From: Chloroflexia bacterium
GTDB lineage: Bacteria; Chloroflexota; Chloroflexia; QHBQ01; JADMIH01
Assembly: GCA_045805005.1 (NCBI GenBank)
Contig: JBJMMB010000531.1
Location: 1-45,864, forward strand
Direction of reading: 5' to 3'
DNA length: 45,864 bases
Made by a program: the position numbers and the translations under genes. Under the pieces are notes generated by a model. It did not search any database. It saw only the letters and a program-made list of their open reading frames with translations, and was not told the origin of the DNA. The number at the start of each line of letters is the position of its first letter. Within the stretch, counting starts at the first letter, position 1. This document shows, piece after piece, positions 9,137-18,195 of this stretch.

Positions 9137-12100
9137 ATGATTCCTCCCAGGGTCGCGCATGGTTGGGGCCTACCTGCGGGGCTGTTCGTCCTGCTTGCAC
9201 TCCTTGTCCTCGTTACTTACAGCGTAGTCGCCTCGCAGCCCGCCATATATGCAGCCGCCCCGGTGCCGAGAGCCGGCGGCCCCGGCGCGGCCTCCCTCGA
9301 CCTGCCTGCGCCTCCGCAAAACGCTGAGCTACCTGCGGGTAACGCTATACCCGCCTCCTCGGCCACGCACGAAGGGACCTGCACTCTGACCTCAACGCCC
9401 ACCATCACCCCCACGCGCACCGGCACCCCGCCCACGGCGACCTCGACTGTCTGCTGTCGTAGTCATACCCCTACCCCTCGTGATACGCCCACCAGCACCC
9501 CGACCGACGGCCCATGCGTGCAGCCCGTGCGCGAGGACTTCGAGAGCGGCTCGCTGGGTATCTTCCGGTCGAGCGGCGTCCCCGCCTGGACGGTAGTCCA
9601 GGATTCCCACTCCGGGATTTACGCCGCTTACGCCCCCGACCTTGATAGCGTCACCGACCTGGGTCTCACCCTCAGCGATCCCATCCCCTTACCTCTAAAC
9701 GCCACCGCTGCCACTCTGACCTTCTACCACCGCTACGACCTGGAGGGCGGACAGATCCCGGCCACCTCATATGATGGGGCGGTGGTCGAGGTATCAACCG
9801 ATGGAGGCACCGTCTGGTTGAACCCGCTCATATCGCCAGGAGGCTACAGCAGCACGCTCTATAGCTGCCCCAGCGGGAACCCGCTGGCAGGGCGATTCTC
9901 CTGGAGCGGCAGCAGTGGAGGGTGGGTGCCTGTATCCGTCGACCTTCTCCGTTATCGAGGCCAGAGCCTAATCTTCCGCTTCCGGCTTGGCACCGACCAG
10001 TCAGGCGGCGCGGGCGGCTGGTGGATCGACGACGTGAACGTGAGCATCACCCAATCCTTCTGCTTCAGCCCCACGCCCGCACTCACAGCCACGAGCACAC
10101 GCCCTGCCTTGACCAACACAATCACTGCCACACGCAGTCCCATCCTCACTCCCACCCCCACCGGCACCCGCCCTACCGCCACCGCGACCTGCTCACCGGC
10201 CTGGGGTGTGGTGCCCAGCTCGGGCGTTGGCCCCTACATCAACTTGCTCATCGGGGTAGCCGCCGCGGCGAGGGACGATGTGTGGACCGTGGGCTACTAC
10301 TCGCGGGCCGATATGATCCATGACACGATCGTCGGGCACTGGAACGGCAGCAGTTGGACCGTGGTGCCCAATCCCAACCCCGGCCCGTTCGGCAACGAAC
10401 TATGGGGGGTCGCGGCCGTGTCGCCGGGCGATGTCTGGGCCGTGGGTTACTCCGGCATCAGCAACTCCCCGCTCACCCAGACGCTGACCGAGCACTGGAA
10501 CGGGATGGAATGGAGCGTTGTCCCAGGCGCTAACACGATCACTGGGAGCAACTTCCTCTATGGAGTAGATGCGGTCGCGGCCAACGATGTGTGGGCCGTG
10601 GGCGACTACATCAGGGGCACATTCCAGAACGCCACTTATCAGCCGCTTATCGAGCATTGGAATGGAACTCAATGGAGCCTCGTACCCGCCCCCGACCTGG
10701 GCACGCGCGGAAGCCTCAACGGGGTATCGGCACTGTCGGCCACCGATGTGTGGGCTGTTGGTTCTAAAGGCTCTCAGACACTGGCCGAGCACTGGGACGG
10801 GACGCAATGGAGCGTGGTACCCAGCCCGAACATCGGCTCAGGGCCTGGTGAGCTTTCTGCCGTCACAGCGGTGTCGGCCCATGATGTGTGGGCCGTGGGG
10901 TCCTCAGGCTCCTACGGTAATTATCGGACGCTGATTTTGCACTGGGATGGTAACGCCTGGAGCGTCGTGCCCAGCCCGAGCCCGGGCACTGGAAATAACC
11001 AGCTTGGCGGCGTAGCCGCGGTATCTGCCAATGACGTATGGGCTGTTGGATACTCTCAAACCAATAATGTCCGGCACACGCTGGTCCTGCACTGGAACGG
11101 CACGGTGTGGAGGGTGGCGTCTAGTCCCAGCCCCGACACGTTAGAGAACCAACTTTGGGGAGTGGCCGCCCTGTCGTCCAATGACCTCTTGGCAGTGGGG
11201 TGGTCCCGGACCTCTGGTCCATACAGCACACTTGTGGAGCGGTACTATTCTCTTTGCCCGCCCGCCACGCCAACCGGAACGGGCACGCCCCCCACCGCTA
11301 CGCGCACCCCCAGCCCCGCCGCCACCTGCCCCCCTGCCTGGAGCATCGTGCCCTCTACCAATCCGGGCAATGTAAGCAACTACCTCTCAGGCGCGGCGGC
11401 TGTGTCAACGAACGACGTCTGGGCCGTTGGCTCCTCGGTCAACGGTGGGGGCGTTGAGCCTGCTCTATCGCTGGTAGAGCATTGGAATGGCTGTGGTTGG
11501 GTTGAAATATCGAGTCCAAACCCCGGCACAACCGACAACAGCCTTCACGCCGTGGCGGTTGTGTTGGCCACGGATATCTGGGCTGTGGGCTCCTTTTCAA
11601 GCTCTGGCCCTTATCAAACCCTTGTCGAGCGCTGGGATGGCAGCGGTTGGAGCGTGGTACCCAGCCCCAACACGGGTCCAGGGGACAACAACCTGCTTGG
11701 CGTCACGGCAATATCGGCCGACGATGCGTGGGCGGTGGGCTACTACCTGGATGCCCAGCATGTTTCTCACGCCCTGACCGAGCACTGGGACGGCGTCCTG
11801 TGGAGCATCGTCTCCGGCCCCGCGGGTGCCCCCAACAGCGGCATCAATGCGGTATCTGCCGTCTCTGCTGATGACGTGTGGGCCGTGGGCGACTACATAC
11901 CCACCCTCCCAGGCCCCGGCCAAACGCTTACAGCGCACTGGGACGGCAGTAGTTGGAGCCTGGTACCCAGCGCCAATCGTGGCTCCTTGAGTAATGTCCT
12001 TCGTGGGGTGGCCGCCGTGTCAACCAACGATGTTTGGGCCGTGGGAGTCGCTCCTGGTCTGGGTTCAGCAGGTAGCCTGGTGGAGCACTGGGACGGCAGC

Positions 12101-13045
12101 AGTTGGAGCCTGGTTGCGAGTCCCAGTCCGGGCGGCTCGCGGACCGAGCTCTGGGCAGTAGCGGCCCTGTCCGCGGGTGACATATGGGCTGTGGGCCACT
12201 ATTACAGCGACAACAATGACCTCCTCACCCTGGCCGAGCACTGGAACGGCTCATCCTGGAGCGTGATTTCGAGCCCCAGCCCCACCTCGTTTGGCCTCGA
12301 CATCTTCGGTGTGGCCCCTGTCTCGGCCTACGATGCCTGGATGGTTGGCAATTTCAATGGCCCGACCTCAAGTCAGACCCTGACCTTGCACTATAGCAAC
12401 CGCTGCGCGACACCCACGCCGGGACCAAGCTCCACCCCTGCACCACCCGCCCCCTCGCCTACGCCGCTCTGCCCGGGCGAGCGCTTTTCTGACGTCTGCC
12501 CCGCCGATTACTTCTACGCGGCCGTGAACGACCTGGCGGGTCGAGGTGTCATCTCCGGCTACGCGGACGGCACCTTCAAGCCGTACAACCTCACTACCCG
12601 CGGACAATTGTGCAAAATAGTAGTGCTCTCGGAGGGGTGGGCCATCTACAGCCCGATCAGCCCCAAGTTCAGCGATGTGCCTGTGTGCCACGCCTTCTAT
12701 GCATACGTCGAAACGGCATACAAGCACGGGGTGATATCTGGGTACGGCTGTGGCGAAGGCTGCCTGGCGTTCCGGCCTGAGAACAACGTCACCAGAGGAC
12801 AACTATGCAAGATAGTGGCGCTCGCGCTGGGCTGGCCGGCATACACCCCTCCCACTCCCACCTTCCGCGACGTGCCCTCGACCCAGACCTTCTACAGCTA
12901 CATCGAAACCGCCTACAGCCACTCCGTAATCTCCGGGTACCAGTGCGGCGTAGGCTGCCTGGAGTTCAGGCCGGGCAACAACGCCACCCGAGGCCAGATC
13001 AGCAAGATCGTCTATCTTGCGGTCAATAACCCCAGGCAGCGCTAG
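9137..13045 (+). CDS. Secreted SLH protein: MAM/immune-inhibitor-A-like jelly-roll domain, two blocks of seven 'DVWAVG...EHWNG..W' propeller repeats, three SLH domains
   Basis: Signal peptide; EDFESG...YDGAVVEVSTDGG...FRLGTD...GWWIDDV; 14 repeats; SLH motifs with TRGQ. Upstream TGc-TATAAT at 9054-9062. Confidence 0.9.
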   Translation: MIPPRVAHGWGLPAGLFVLLALLVLVTYSVVASQPAIYAAAPVPRAGGPGAASLDLPAPPQNAELPAGNAIPASSATHEGTCTLTSTPTITPTRTGTPPTATSTVCCRSHTPTPRDTPTSTPTDGPCVQPVREDFESGSLGIFRSSGVPAWTVVQDSHSGIYAAYAPDLDSVTDLGLTLSDPIPLPLNATAATLTFYHRYDLEGGQIPATSYDGAVVEVSTDGGTVWLNPLISPGGYSSTLYSCPSGNPLAGRFSWSGSSGGWVPVSVDLLRYRGQSLIFRFRLGTDQSGGAGGWWIDDVNVSITQSFCFSPTPALTATSTRPALTNTITATRSPILTPTPTGTRPTATATCSPAWGVVPSSGVGPYINLLIGVAAAARDDVWTVGYYSRADMIHDTIVGHWNGSSWTVVPNPNPGPFGNELWGVAAVSPGDVWAVGYSGISNSPLTQTLTEHWNGMEWSVVPGANTITGSNFLYGVDAVAANDVWAVGDYIRGTFQNATYQPLIEHWNGTQWSLVPAPDLGTRGSLNGVSALSATDVWAVGSKGSQTLAEHWDGTQWSVVPSPNIGSGPGELSAVTAVSAHDVWAVGSSGSYGNYRTLILHWDGNAWSVVPSPSPGTGNNQLGGVAAVSANDVWAVGYSQTNNVRHTLVLHWNGTVWRVASSPSPDTLENQLWGVAALSSNDLLAVGWSRTSGPYSTLVERYYSLCPPATPTGTGTPPTATRTPSPAATCPPAWSIVPSTNPGNVSNYLSGAAAVSTNDVWAVGSSVNGGGVEPALSLVEHWNGCGWVEISSPNPGTTDNSLHAVAVVLATDIWAVGSFSSSGPYQTLVERWDGSGWSVVPSPNTGPGDNNLLGVTAISADDAWAVGYYLDAQHVSHALTEHWDGVLWSIVSGPAGAPNSGINAVSAVSADDVWAVGDYIPTLPGPGQTLTAHWDGSSWSLVPSANRGSLSNVLRGVAAVSTNDVWAVGVAPGLGSAGSLVEHWDGSSWSLVASPSPGGSRTELWAVAALSAGDIWAVGHYYSDNNDLLTLAEHWNGSSWSVISSPSPTSFGLDIFGVAPVSAYDAWMVGNFNGPTSSQTLTLHYSNRCATPTPGPSSTPAPPAPSPTPLCPGERFSDVCPADYFYAAVNDLAGRGVISGYADGTFKPYNLTTRGQLCKIVVLSEGWAIYSPISPKFSDVPVCHAFYAYVETAYKHGVISGYGCGEGCLAFRPENNVTRGQLCKIVALALGWPAYTPPTPTFRDVPSTQTFYSYIETAYSHSVISGYQCGVGCLEFRPGNNATRGQISKIVYLAVNNPRQR

Positions 13046-13156
13046 CCATTTGCCCACTGGCGTCATGTATAATATGGGCGCTGTCTTCCAGCAGGACGGA
13101 GCATCAGGCGCACAGCACTCAATACTCAATACTCGGTACTCAACAGGAGATGGGCC

Positions 13157-13990
13157 ATGGGATCGGGCGATAAAGAGCAGCCGGAGACACAGGACCCCGA
13201 GCTATTCTACTCGGCGTACAGAGGTTTGGCCAATAGGATCGGTGAGGAAGTAAGGCGCAGGGCGTTCGGAGAGGACATCGGCCAGTTCGGCTGGTTGACC
13301 GCCGCCGAATACCGAGACTTCTTCCGGTGGCTGGAGCTCGACGCCTCCACGCGAGTGCTCGACGTGGCTTGCGGTTCGGGCGGCCCCTCCCTCTACATAG
13401 CGCGCACCACCGGCTGCCACATCACGGGCATGGACATCAACCCGGACGGCATCAACACCGCCAACGATCTGGCGCGAGCCCAGGGCCTCACCTCCCAGGC
13501 CACCTTCCGCCAGGGCGATGCCAGCCTCCCCCTTCCCTTCGAGGACGCCTCCTTCGACGCCGTGATCTGCATTGACGCCATAAACCACCTCTACAACCGC
13601 CTCGAAGTCCTGAGAGAATGGCGGCGGGTCCTCAAGCCCGGTGGCCGCATCCTCTTCACCGACCCCATTGTGGTCACAGGCATGATAAGCCGCGATGAGA
13701 TGATGGCGCGCAGCGGGGCCATGGGCCTCTTCGTCTTCACCCCACCCGGCCTTGACGAAGAGCTGATAAAGGCAGCCGGATTCAAGGCCCCACGCGTAGA
13801 AGACCTGAGCGCCAACATCGCCACCGTCTCCAAAAACTGGCACGACGCCCGCCAGGACCACGAGACCGATCTCACTGAAATCGAAGGCGAAGCCGCCTAC
13901 CAATCGTTCCAGCACTTCCTCAACGCGGTCCATACCCTATCGAACGAGCGCAGGCTATCTCGCTTCGTCTACCTCGTTCGTAAGCCGTGA
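13157..13990 (+). CDS. Class I SAM-dependent methyltransferase
   Basis: Motif I VLDVACGSGG, LPFEDASFDAV, RVLKPGG; RBS AGGAG. Confidence 0.9.
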   Translation: MGSGDKEQPETQDPELFYSAYRGLANRIGEEVRRRAFGEDIGQFGWLTAAEYRDFFRWLELDASTRVLDVACGSGGPSLYIARTTGCHITGMDINPDGINTANDLARAQGLTSQATFRQGDASLPLPFEDASFDAVICIDAINHLYNRLEVLREWRRVLKPGGRILFTDPIVVTGMISRDEMMARSGAMGLFVFTPPGLDEELIKAAGFKAPRVEDLSANIATVSKNWHDARQDHETDLTEIEGEAAYQSFQHFLNAVHTLSNERRLSRFVYLVRKP

Positions 13991-14057
13991 TACCAGGGGT
14001 CAGGGGTCAGGGCCTGCCTACAGCCCTTCACCCCTGGCCCTACCCACGGAGGCAGTT

Positions 14058-15089
14058 GTGACACCAGACAAGAGTTCCAGCGACGCTATCGAAGTCCCTC
14101 AAGCGCCCGCCATCCCCGGCCTCACCTTCCGCCGCTTCCAGGGCGATAGCGACTACCCGCTCATAGCCGAGGTCTTCACGAAGAACTGGAAGGCGGACGG
14201 CGCGGAGCAACTCATGACCCCCGAGGGCGCCGCCCGCTTCTACTCCAACATGAAGAACTTCGATGCCTACCGGGATCTACTCATGGTGGAGATCGACGGC
14301 CGCATGGTCGCCTACGGCCGGGCCTTCTGGGAAGACGAGAACCGCAACGACGGCCCAGGTCAGGCGCGCATCTACGTCTTCAGGTGCTACATGACGCCGG
14401 AGTCCCGTGACAAAGGTCTGGAACGGGCGATGGTGCTCTACTACGAGGAGCACCTGCGCGACATAGCCGGGTCGCACGACTTCGCGGGCCCGCGCTTCCT
14501 GCAGAGCTTCGCGTTCGACCGCCACCCCACACTCATCGCGGCCCTGGAGAGCGAAGGCTACGAGCCTGTCCGCTACGAATACGAGATGGTCCGGCCCGAC
14601 ATGAACAACATACCCGACCCGCCCCTGCCGGAGGGCTTGGAAGTGCGGCCTGTGCAGCCCGCGCACTTCAGGGCCATCTGGGAGGCCGAGGTAGAGGCGT
14701 TTCGCGACCACTGGGGCTTCGCGGAACCCGAGGAGGGGGACTACGAACGCTGGCTCAATTTTCCTCTCTTCCAGCCGCACCTCTGGCAAGTTGCCTGGGA
14801 TGGCGACCAGGTGGCGGGCATGATACGCAACTACATCAGCGAGGAGGAGAACGCGGCCTATGGCCGGCAGCGGGGCTACACCGAATGGATCAGCGTGCGC
14901 CGCCCCTGGCGCAGGCGCGGCCTCGCCCGCGCCCTCCTCGCCCGCTCCCTTCGTATGCACAAAGAGCTCGGAATGGAGCAGGCCGCCCTGAGCGTGGACA
15001 GCCAGAACCCCGCGGGCGCCCTCCAACTCTACGAAAGCACGGGCTTCCGCCTGGTCACAAAGAGCGCGACATGTCGCAAGGCGTTCTAG
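14058..15089 (+). CDS. Tandem-domain GNAT acetyltransferase (MshD-like architecture)
   Basis: Acetyl-CoA motif VRRPWRRRGLARALL and NPAGALQLYESTGF; degenerate N-terminal copy (PESRDKGLERAM); GGAGG before the GTG. Confidence 0.88.
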   Translation: MTPDKSSSDAIEVPQAPAIPGLTFRRFQGDSDYPLIAEVFTKNWKADGAEQLMTPEGAARFYSNMKNFDAYRDLLMVEIDGRMVAYGRAFWEDENRNDGPGQARIYVFRCYMTPESRDKGLERAMVLYYEEHLRDIAGSHDFAGPRFLQSFAFDRHPTLIAALESEGYEPVRYEYEMVRPDMNNIPDPPLPEGLEVRPVQPAHFRAIWEAEVEAFRDHWGFAEPEEGDYERWLNFPLFQPHLWQVAWDGDQVAGMIRNYISEEENAAYGRQRGYTEWISVRRPWRRRGLARALLARSLRMHKELGMEQAALSVDSQNPAGALQLYESTGFRLVTKSATCRKAF

Positions 15090-15140
15090 ACCGGTCGCGG
15101 GCCCTACTATGAACTCTATAATCCCATCTGGGTGGAGGTT

Positions 15141-15677
15141 CTATTTTACTACGCGGAAGCGTAAGCTCGTTACCTGCGCGGTGGCGACGACCTGTATGCG
15201 TTCAAGCCTGATATCTACAGCGCCCAAGTTTTCAAACAGACGAATACCTTCACCGAGCAGAATCGGTACTAGATGGATCATTATTTCATCTACCAGTCCG
15301 GCCTTCAGACATTGTTGGTCAATGCTCGCGCCTAACAAGGTCACACTTTTCTCACCTGCTGCAGCTCGGGCTTGTTCTATGGCCCGCTCAATACTGTCCA
15401 CGAATGTAAATGTCAACCCGCCAATGGTTACCGGATCACGAGGCTCGTGAGTAACGACAAACTGGGGCACTTTCACCATCCCTCCATAAGGAAGTGCGTT
15501 TTCATTCACCTTGCCTTCTTTGAATCCCCGGTTACCTGCAACTACAGCACCAATCTCCTGCATCACGCCTGCGATAGTCTCATCAGTGCCATAATCGAAA
15601 GCCCAGGATATATCGTCGTTTGGCCTGGCAATAAATCCATCGAGTGACATTGTGGCGTGTATAACAACCCTGGCCAT
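15141..15677 (-). CDS. Dihydrofolate reductase-like / RibD C-terminal family protein
   Basis: MSLDGFIA; AGLVDEIMIHLVPILLGEGIRLF. Confidence 0.9.
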   Translation of the reverse strand: MARVVIHATMSLDGFIARPNDDISWAFDYGTDETIAGVMQEIGAVVAGNRGFKEGKVNENALPYGGMVKVPQFVVTHEPRDPVTIGGLTFTFVDSIERAIEQARAAAGEKSVTLLGASIDQQCLKAGLVDEIMIHLVPILLGEGIRLFENLGAVDIRLERIQVVATAQVTSLRFRVVK

Positions 15678-15821
15678 ATTCTTATCTCCTCATCTCCTCA
15701 ATCTACACTTGCTTCTACTTCCTGTTCTGTCGTTGTCAACGCCCCACCGCCTCACAGCTATCAGCCAGGAAGTTCATAGCAATCTCTAACGCGGCAGGTA
15801 AAATACCACCTCCTGCCGCCG

Positions 15822-15869
15822 CCCTCTCCACACCCTCTCCACACCCTCTCCACACCCTCTCCACACCCT
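15822..15869. repeat. Four tandem copies of the 11-mer CCCTCTCCACA, beside a GCGGCAGG/CCTGCCGC hairpin (15791-15819)
   Basis: Read directly from the sequence. Confidence 0.95.
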
Positions 15870-15882
15870 GTTCAAAAGCTGG

Positions 15883-16236
15883 TTACAATGAAGCGCCGCC
15901 AAACCCGATCTCGTTTTCGTCGGGATCGCGGTATGTGATCTTGCGCACTCCGTTCGAGTAAGTTTCCTGCTTCCAGGGGTCGAGTCCCCGATCGGCTATC
16001 TGCGCGACGAGCGCATCGAGGTTATCGACGAAGAGCGTGTGCATGGCGTGGCCGGCGTGCTGAGGCTGCTGCACGATGTACAGGTACCGGTGCTCCGCAA
16101 GCTCCCACACGGCCTCTGTTTCGTCTGGAAAGAATGTGGGCGGGGAGCCCAGCAGTCGTCCGTACCATTCCAGTGCCGCCGCGTAGTCAGCGACCGGGAT
16201 TCCCGCGAACAGGTCGAGCTTCGTGGTCTGAATCAT
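15883..16236 (-). CDS. VOC (glyoxalase/bleomycin-resistance) family protein
   Basis: AAGGAG before ATG 16236; IPVADYAAALEWYGRLLG...LFVDNLD...RDPDENEIGF. Confidence 0.88.
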   Translation of the reverse strand: MIQTTKLDLFAGIPVADYAAALEWYGRLLGSPPTFFPDETEAVWELAEHRYLYIVQQPQHAGHAMHTLFVDNLDALVAQIADRGLDPWKQETYSNGVRKITYRDPDENEIGFGGASL

Positions 16237-16271
16237 GCGTATGGCTCCTTGGCAAATGGGATGTGTATTGC

Positions 16272-17027
16272 ATGGTCGCACCTATAGACATCAATAACCG
16301 GCGCATCTGGATAGGCTGCTCCGGCTACGTCTACAAGCACTGGCGGGGCGTCTTCTACCCTCAGGACCTGCCCGAGTCGAAGTGGCTCTCCCACTACGCC
16401 CAATATTTCCCCACCGTAGAACTCAACAACACCCACTACATCCTCCCCTCGGAGCAGACCTTCGAGGGTTGGCGCGAGCGGTCGCCGGAGGGGTTCCTGT
16501 TCGCAGTGAAGGCCAGCCGCTTCCTCACGCACATGAAAAAGCTAAAGGACCCCCAGGAGCCGCTGGCGAGGCTCTTCGAGCGCGCCGAGCTACTTGGGCC
16601 CAAGCTGGGGCCGGTGCTCTACCAGTTGCCCCCGCGCTGGTACTTCAACCCCGAACGCCTGCAAACCTTCCTCGAGGCCCTGCCCGCTGGGTACCAACAC
16701 GCTCTGGAGGTGCGCGAGCCAGGCTGGCTCAACCCGGAGTTCTTCTCCATGCTCGAACAGCACAGCGTCGCCTTCTGCCTCGCCAGCCTGCCCCACTACC
16801 AGACCCCCGTGCAGGCCACAGCTCCCTTCGTCTACATCCGCTTCCACGGCAGCGGCGAGATGTATTACTACAACTACACCCCCGAAGAACTGACCTACTG
16901 GCGCGACATCATCCTCGGCTTCGCGAGAGAGGGCCGCGACGTGTATGCCTACTTCAACAACGATCCCAACGCCTGGGCCGTCGCCAACGCCCTCGAGCTA
17001 ACGCGTCTCATTTCCGAGGCGCGCTGA
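16272..17027 (+). CDS. DUF72 (YecE-like) family protein
   Basis: IGCSGYVYKHWRGVFYP, VELNNTHY, FAVKASRFLTH, LYQLPP, YIRFHG, YAYFNND. Likely ATG at 16272, because the track start at 16134 overlaps the VOC gene. Confidence 0.92.
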   Translation: MVAPIDINNRRIWIGCSGYVYKHWRGVFYPQDLPESKWLSHYAQYFPTVELNNTHYILPSEQTFEGWRERSPEGFLFAVKASRFLTHMKKLKDPQEPLARLFERAELLGPKLGPVLYQLPPRWYFNPERLQTFLEALPAGYQHALEVREPGWLNPEFFSMLEQHSVAFCLASLPHYQTPVQATAPFVYIRFHGSGEMYYYNYTPEELTYWRDIILGFAREGRDVYAYFNNDPNAWAVANALELTRLISEAR

Positions 17028-17079
17028 GGCACCTGTCTTGGTATACATTCCAAAACCAGGCCAGGTCTGTGCTGAGCGT

Positions 17080-18075
17080 CTAATCGAAAGCGCCTCCCAC
17101 ATACACCTCCCCGGTGAGCAACCTCACCGCCACCGCGTACACAATATGGGCTGTTCCCATACCGAGTGCGGACCATTGGCGGCCGTCCCACCTGGCTATG
17201 TGCCCGGCAGAGACACCGCCCGCCTGGCTGAACCAGCCCCCCACGTATAGGTCTTTGCCACTCGCTGTTATGGCGTAGACCACGTCGTCTACTCCCTCAC
17301 CCACCGCCGACCACGCACTGCCATCCCACCGGGCCAAACAGTCGCCGGGAAGCTGGTAATGGGTCCAGTTGCCTCCCGCGTACACCTCGCCACCGCTTAC
17401 CGCGATTGCCTCGACTGTGCCCATCACCGGACTGCTAATCCCCTCGCCCACCGCGGACCAGGAACTGCCGTCCCACCTCGCTATGTACCTCGCGGGTGCG
17501 CCACCTGCCTCCTTGAACTCGCCCCCCACATATACATCTGTGCCACTAACCGCTATCGCCTCGACGTCGCCGTTCACACCCCCGCCGAGCTCGTGCCACG
17601 CTCTGCCGTCCCATTTGGCTACGTTGCCGGCCGCCACATCGCCCGCATAAGCGAACGCGCCGCCCACATATACATCGCCCCCGCTGAGGGCAATCGCCCT
17701 CACATAGGGCACCACCCCGGTAACACCACTACCCAGCGTAGACCAGGCGGAGCCATCCCACTTTGCAATGTAGTTCGCCTCAACACCACCCGCGTGGGTA
17801 AATACACCTCCCACATATACATCGGCCCCGCTGATGGCAATAGCGCTAACGCTCATACCATCTATTCCACCACCCACCGAAGCCCATGAGCTACCGTCCC
17901 ACTTCGCAATACAATTGGCCTCCACACCACTCGCACGCGTAAATACGCCCCCCGCGTACACTTCGCCGGTAGCCTCGCTCACCCCAATCGCGAAGACGGT
18001 CTTATCCATCCCCCCGTCCAGCGCGGACCAGGTGTTACCATCCCACTTTGCTACATGATTGAAGGGCATGGGCAT
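17080..18075 (-). CDS. Seven-repeat 'IA.WDG..W...VYVGG.F' beta-propeller protein without a signal peptide
   Basis: Seven ~47-aa repeats counted; GAGG before ATG 18075. Confidence 0.85.
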   Translation of the reverse strand: MPMPFNHVAKWDGNTWSALDGGMDKTVFAIGVSEATGEVYAGGVFTRASGVEANCIAKWDGSSWASVGGGIDGMSVSAIAISGADVYVGGVFTHAGGVEANYIAKWDGSAWSTLGSGVTGVVPYVRAIALSGGDVYVGGAFAYAGDVAAGNVAKWDGRAWHELGGGVNGDVEAIAVSGTDVYVGGEFKEAGGAPARYIARWDGSSWSAVGEGISSPVMGTVEAIAVSGGEVYAGGNWTHYQLPGDCLARWDGSAWSAVGEGVDDVVYAITASGKDLYVGGWFSQAGGVSAGHIARWDGRQWSALGMGTAHIVYAVAVRLLTGEVYVGGAFD

Positions 18076-18195
18076 ATCACGCCTCAACAGGCGACAAATA
18101 AGTAGCAATCATGATGGTTCTCTGCGCCTCTGCGCCTCTGCGGTTCAATAATAACTTTGCGAACTTTGCGCTCTTTATGTCCTGGCGGTTCCTCT

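Noticed and set aside
15680-15883. Integron attC sites around the VOC/DHFR genes (also CTAAC..GTTAG at 25409-25533 and 30963-31001)
   Set aside because: The cores do not fit RYYYAAC/GTTRRRY properly, there are no L boxes with extrahelical bases, and there is no integrase.
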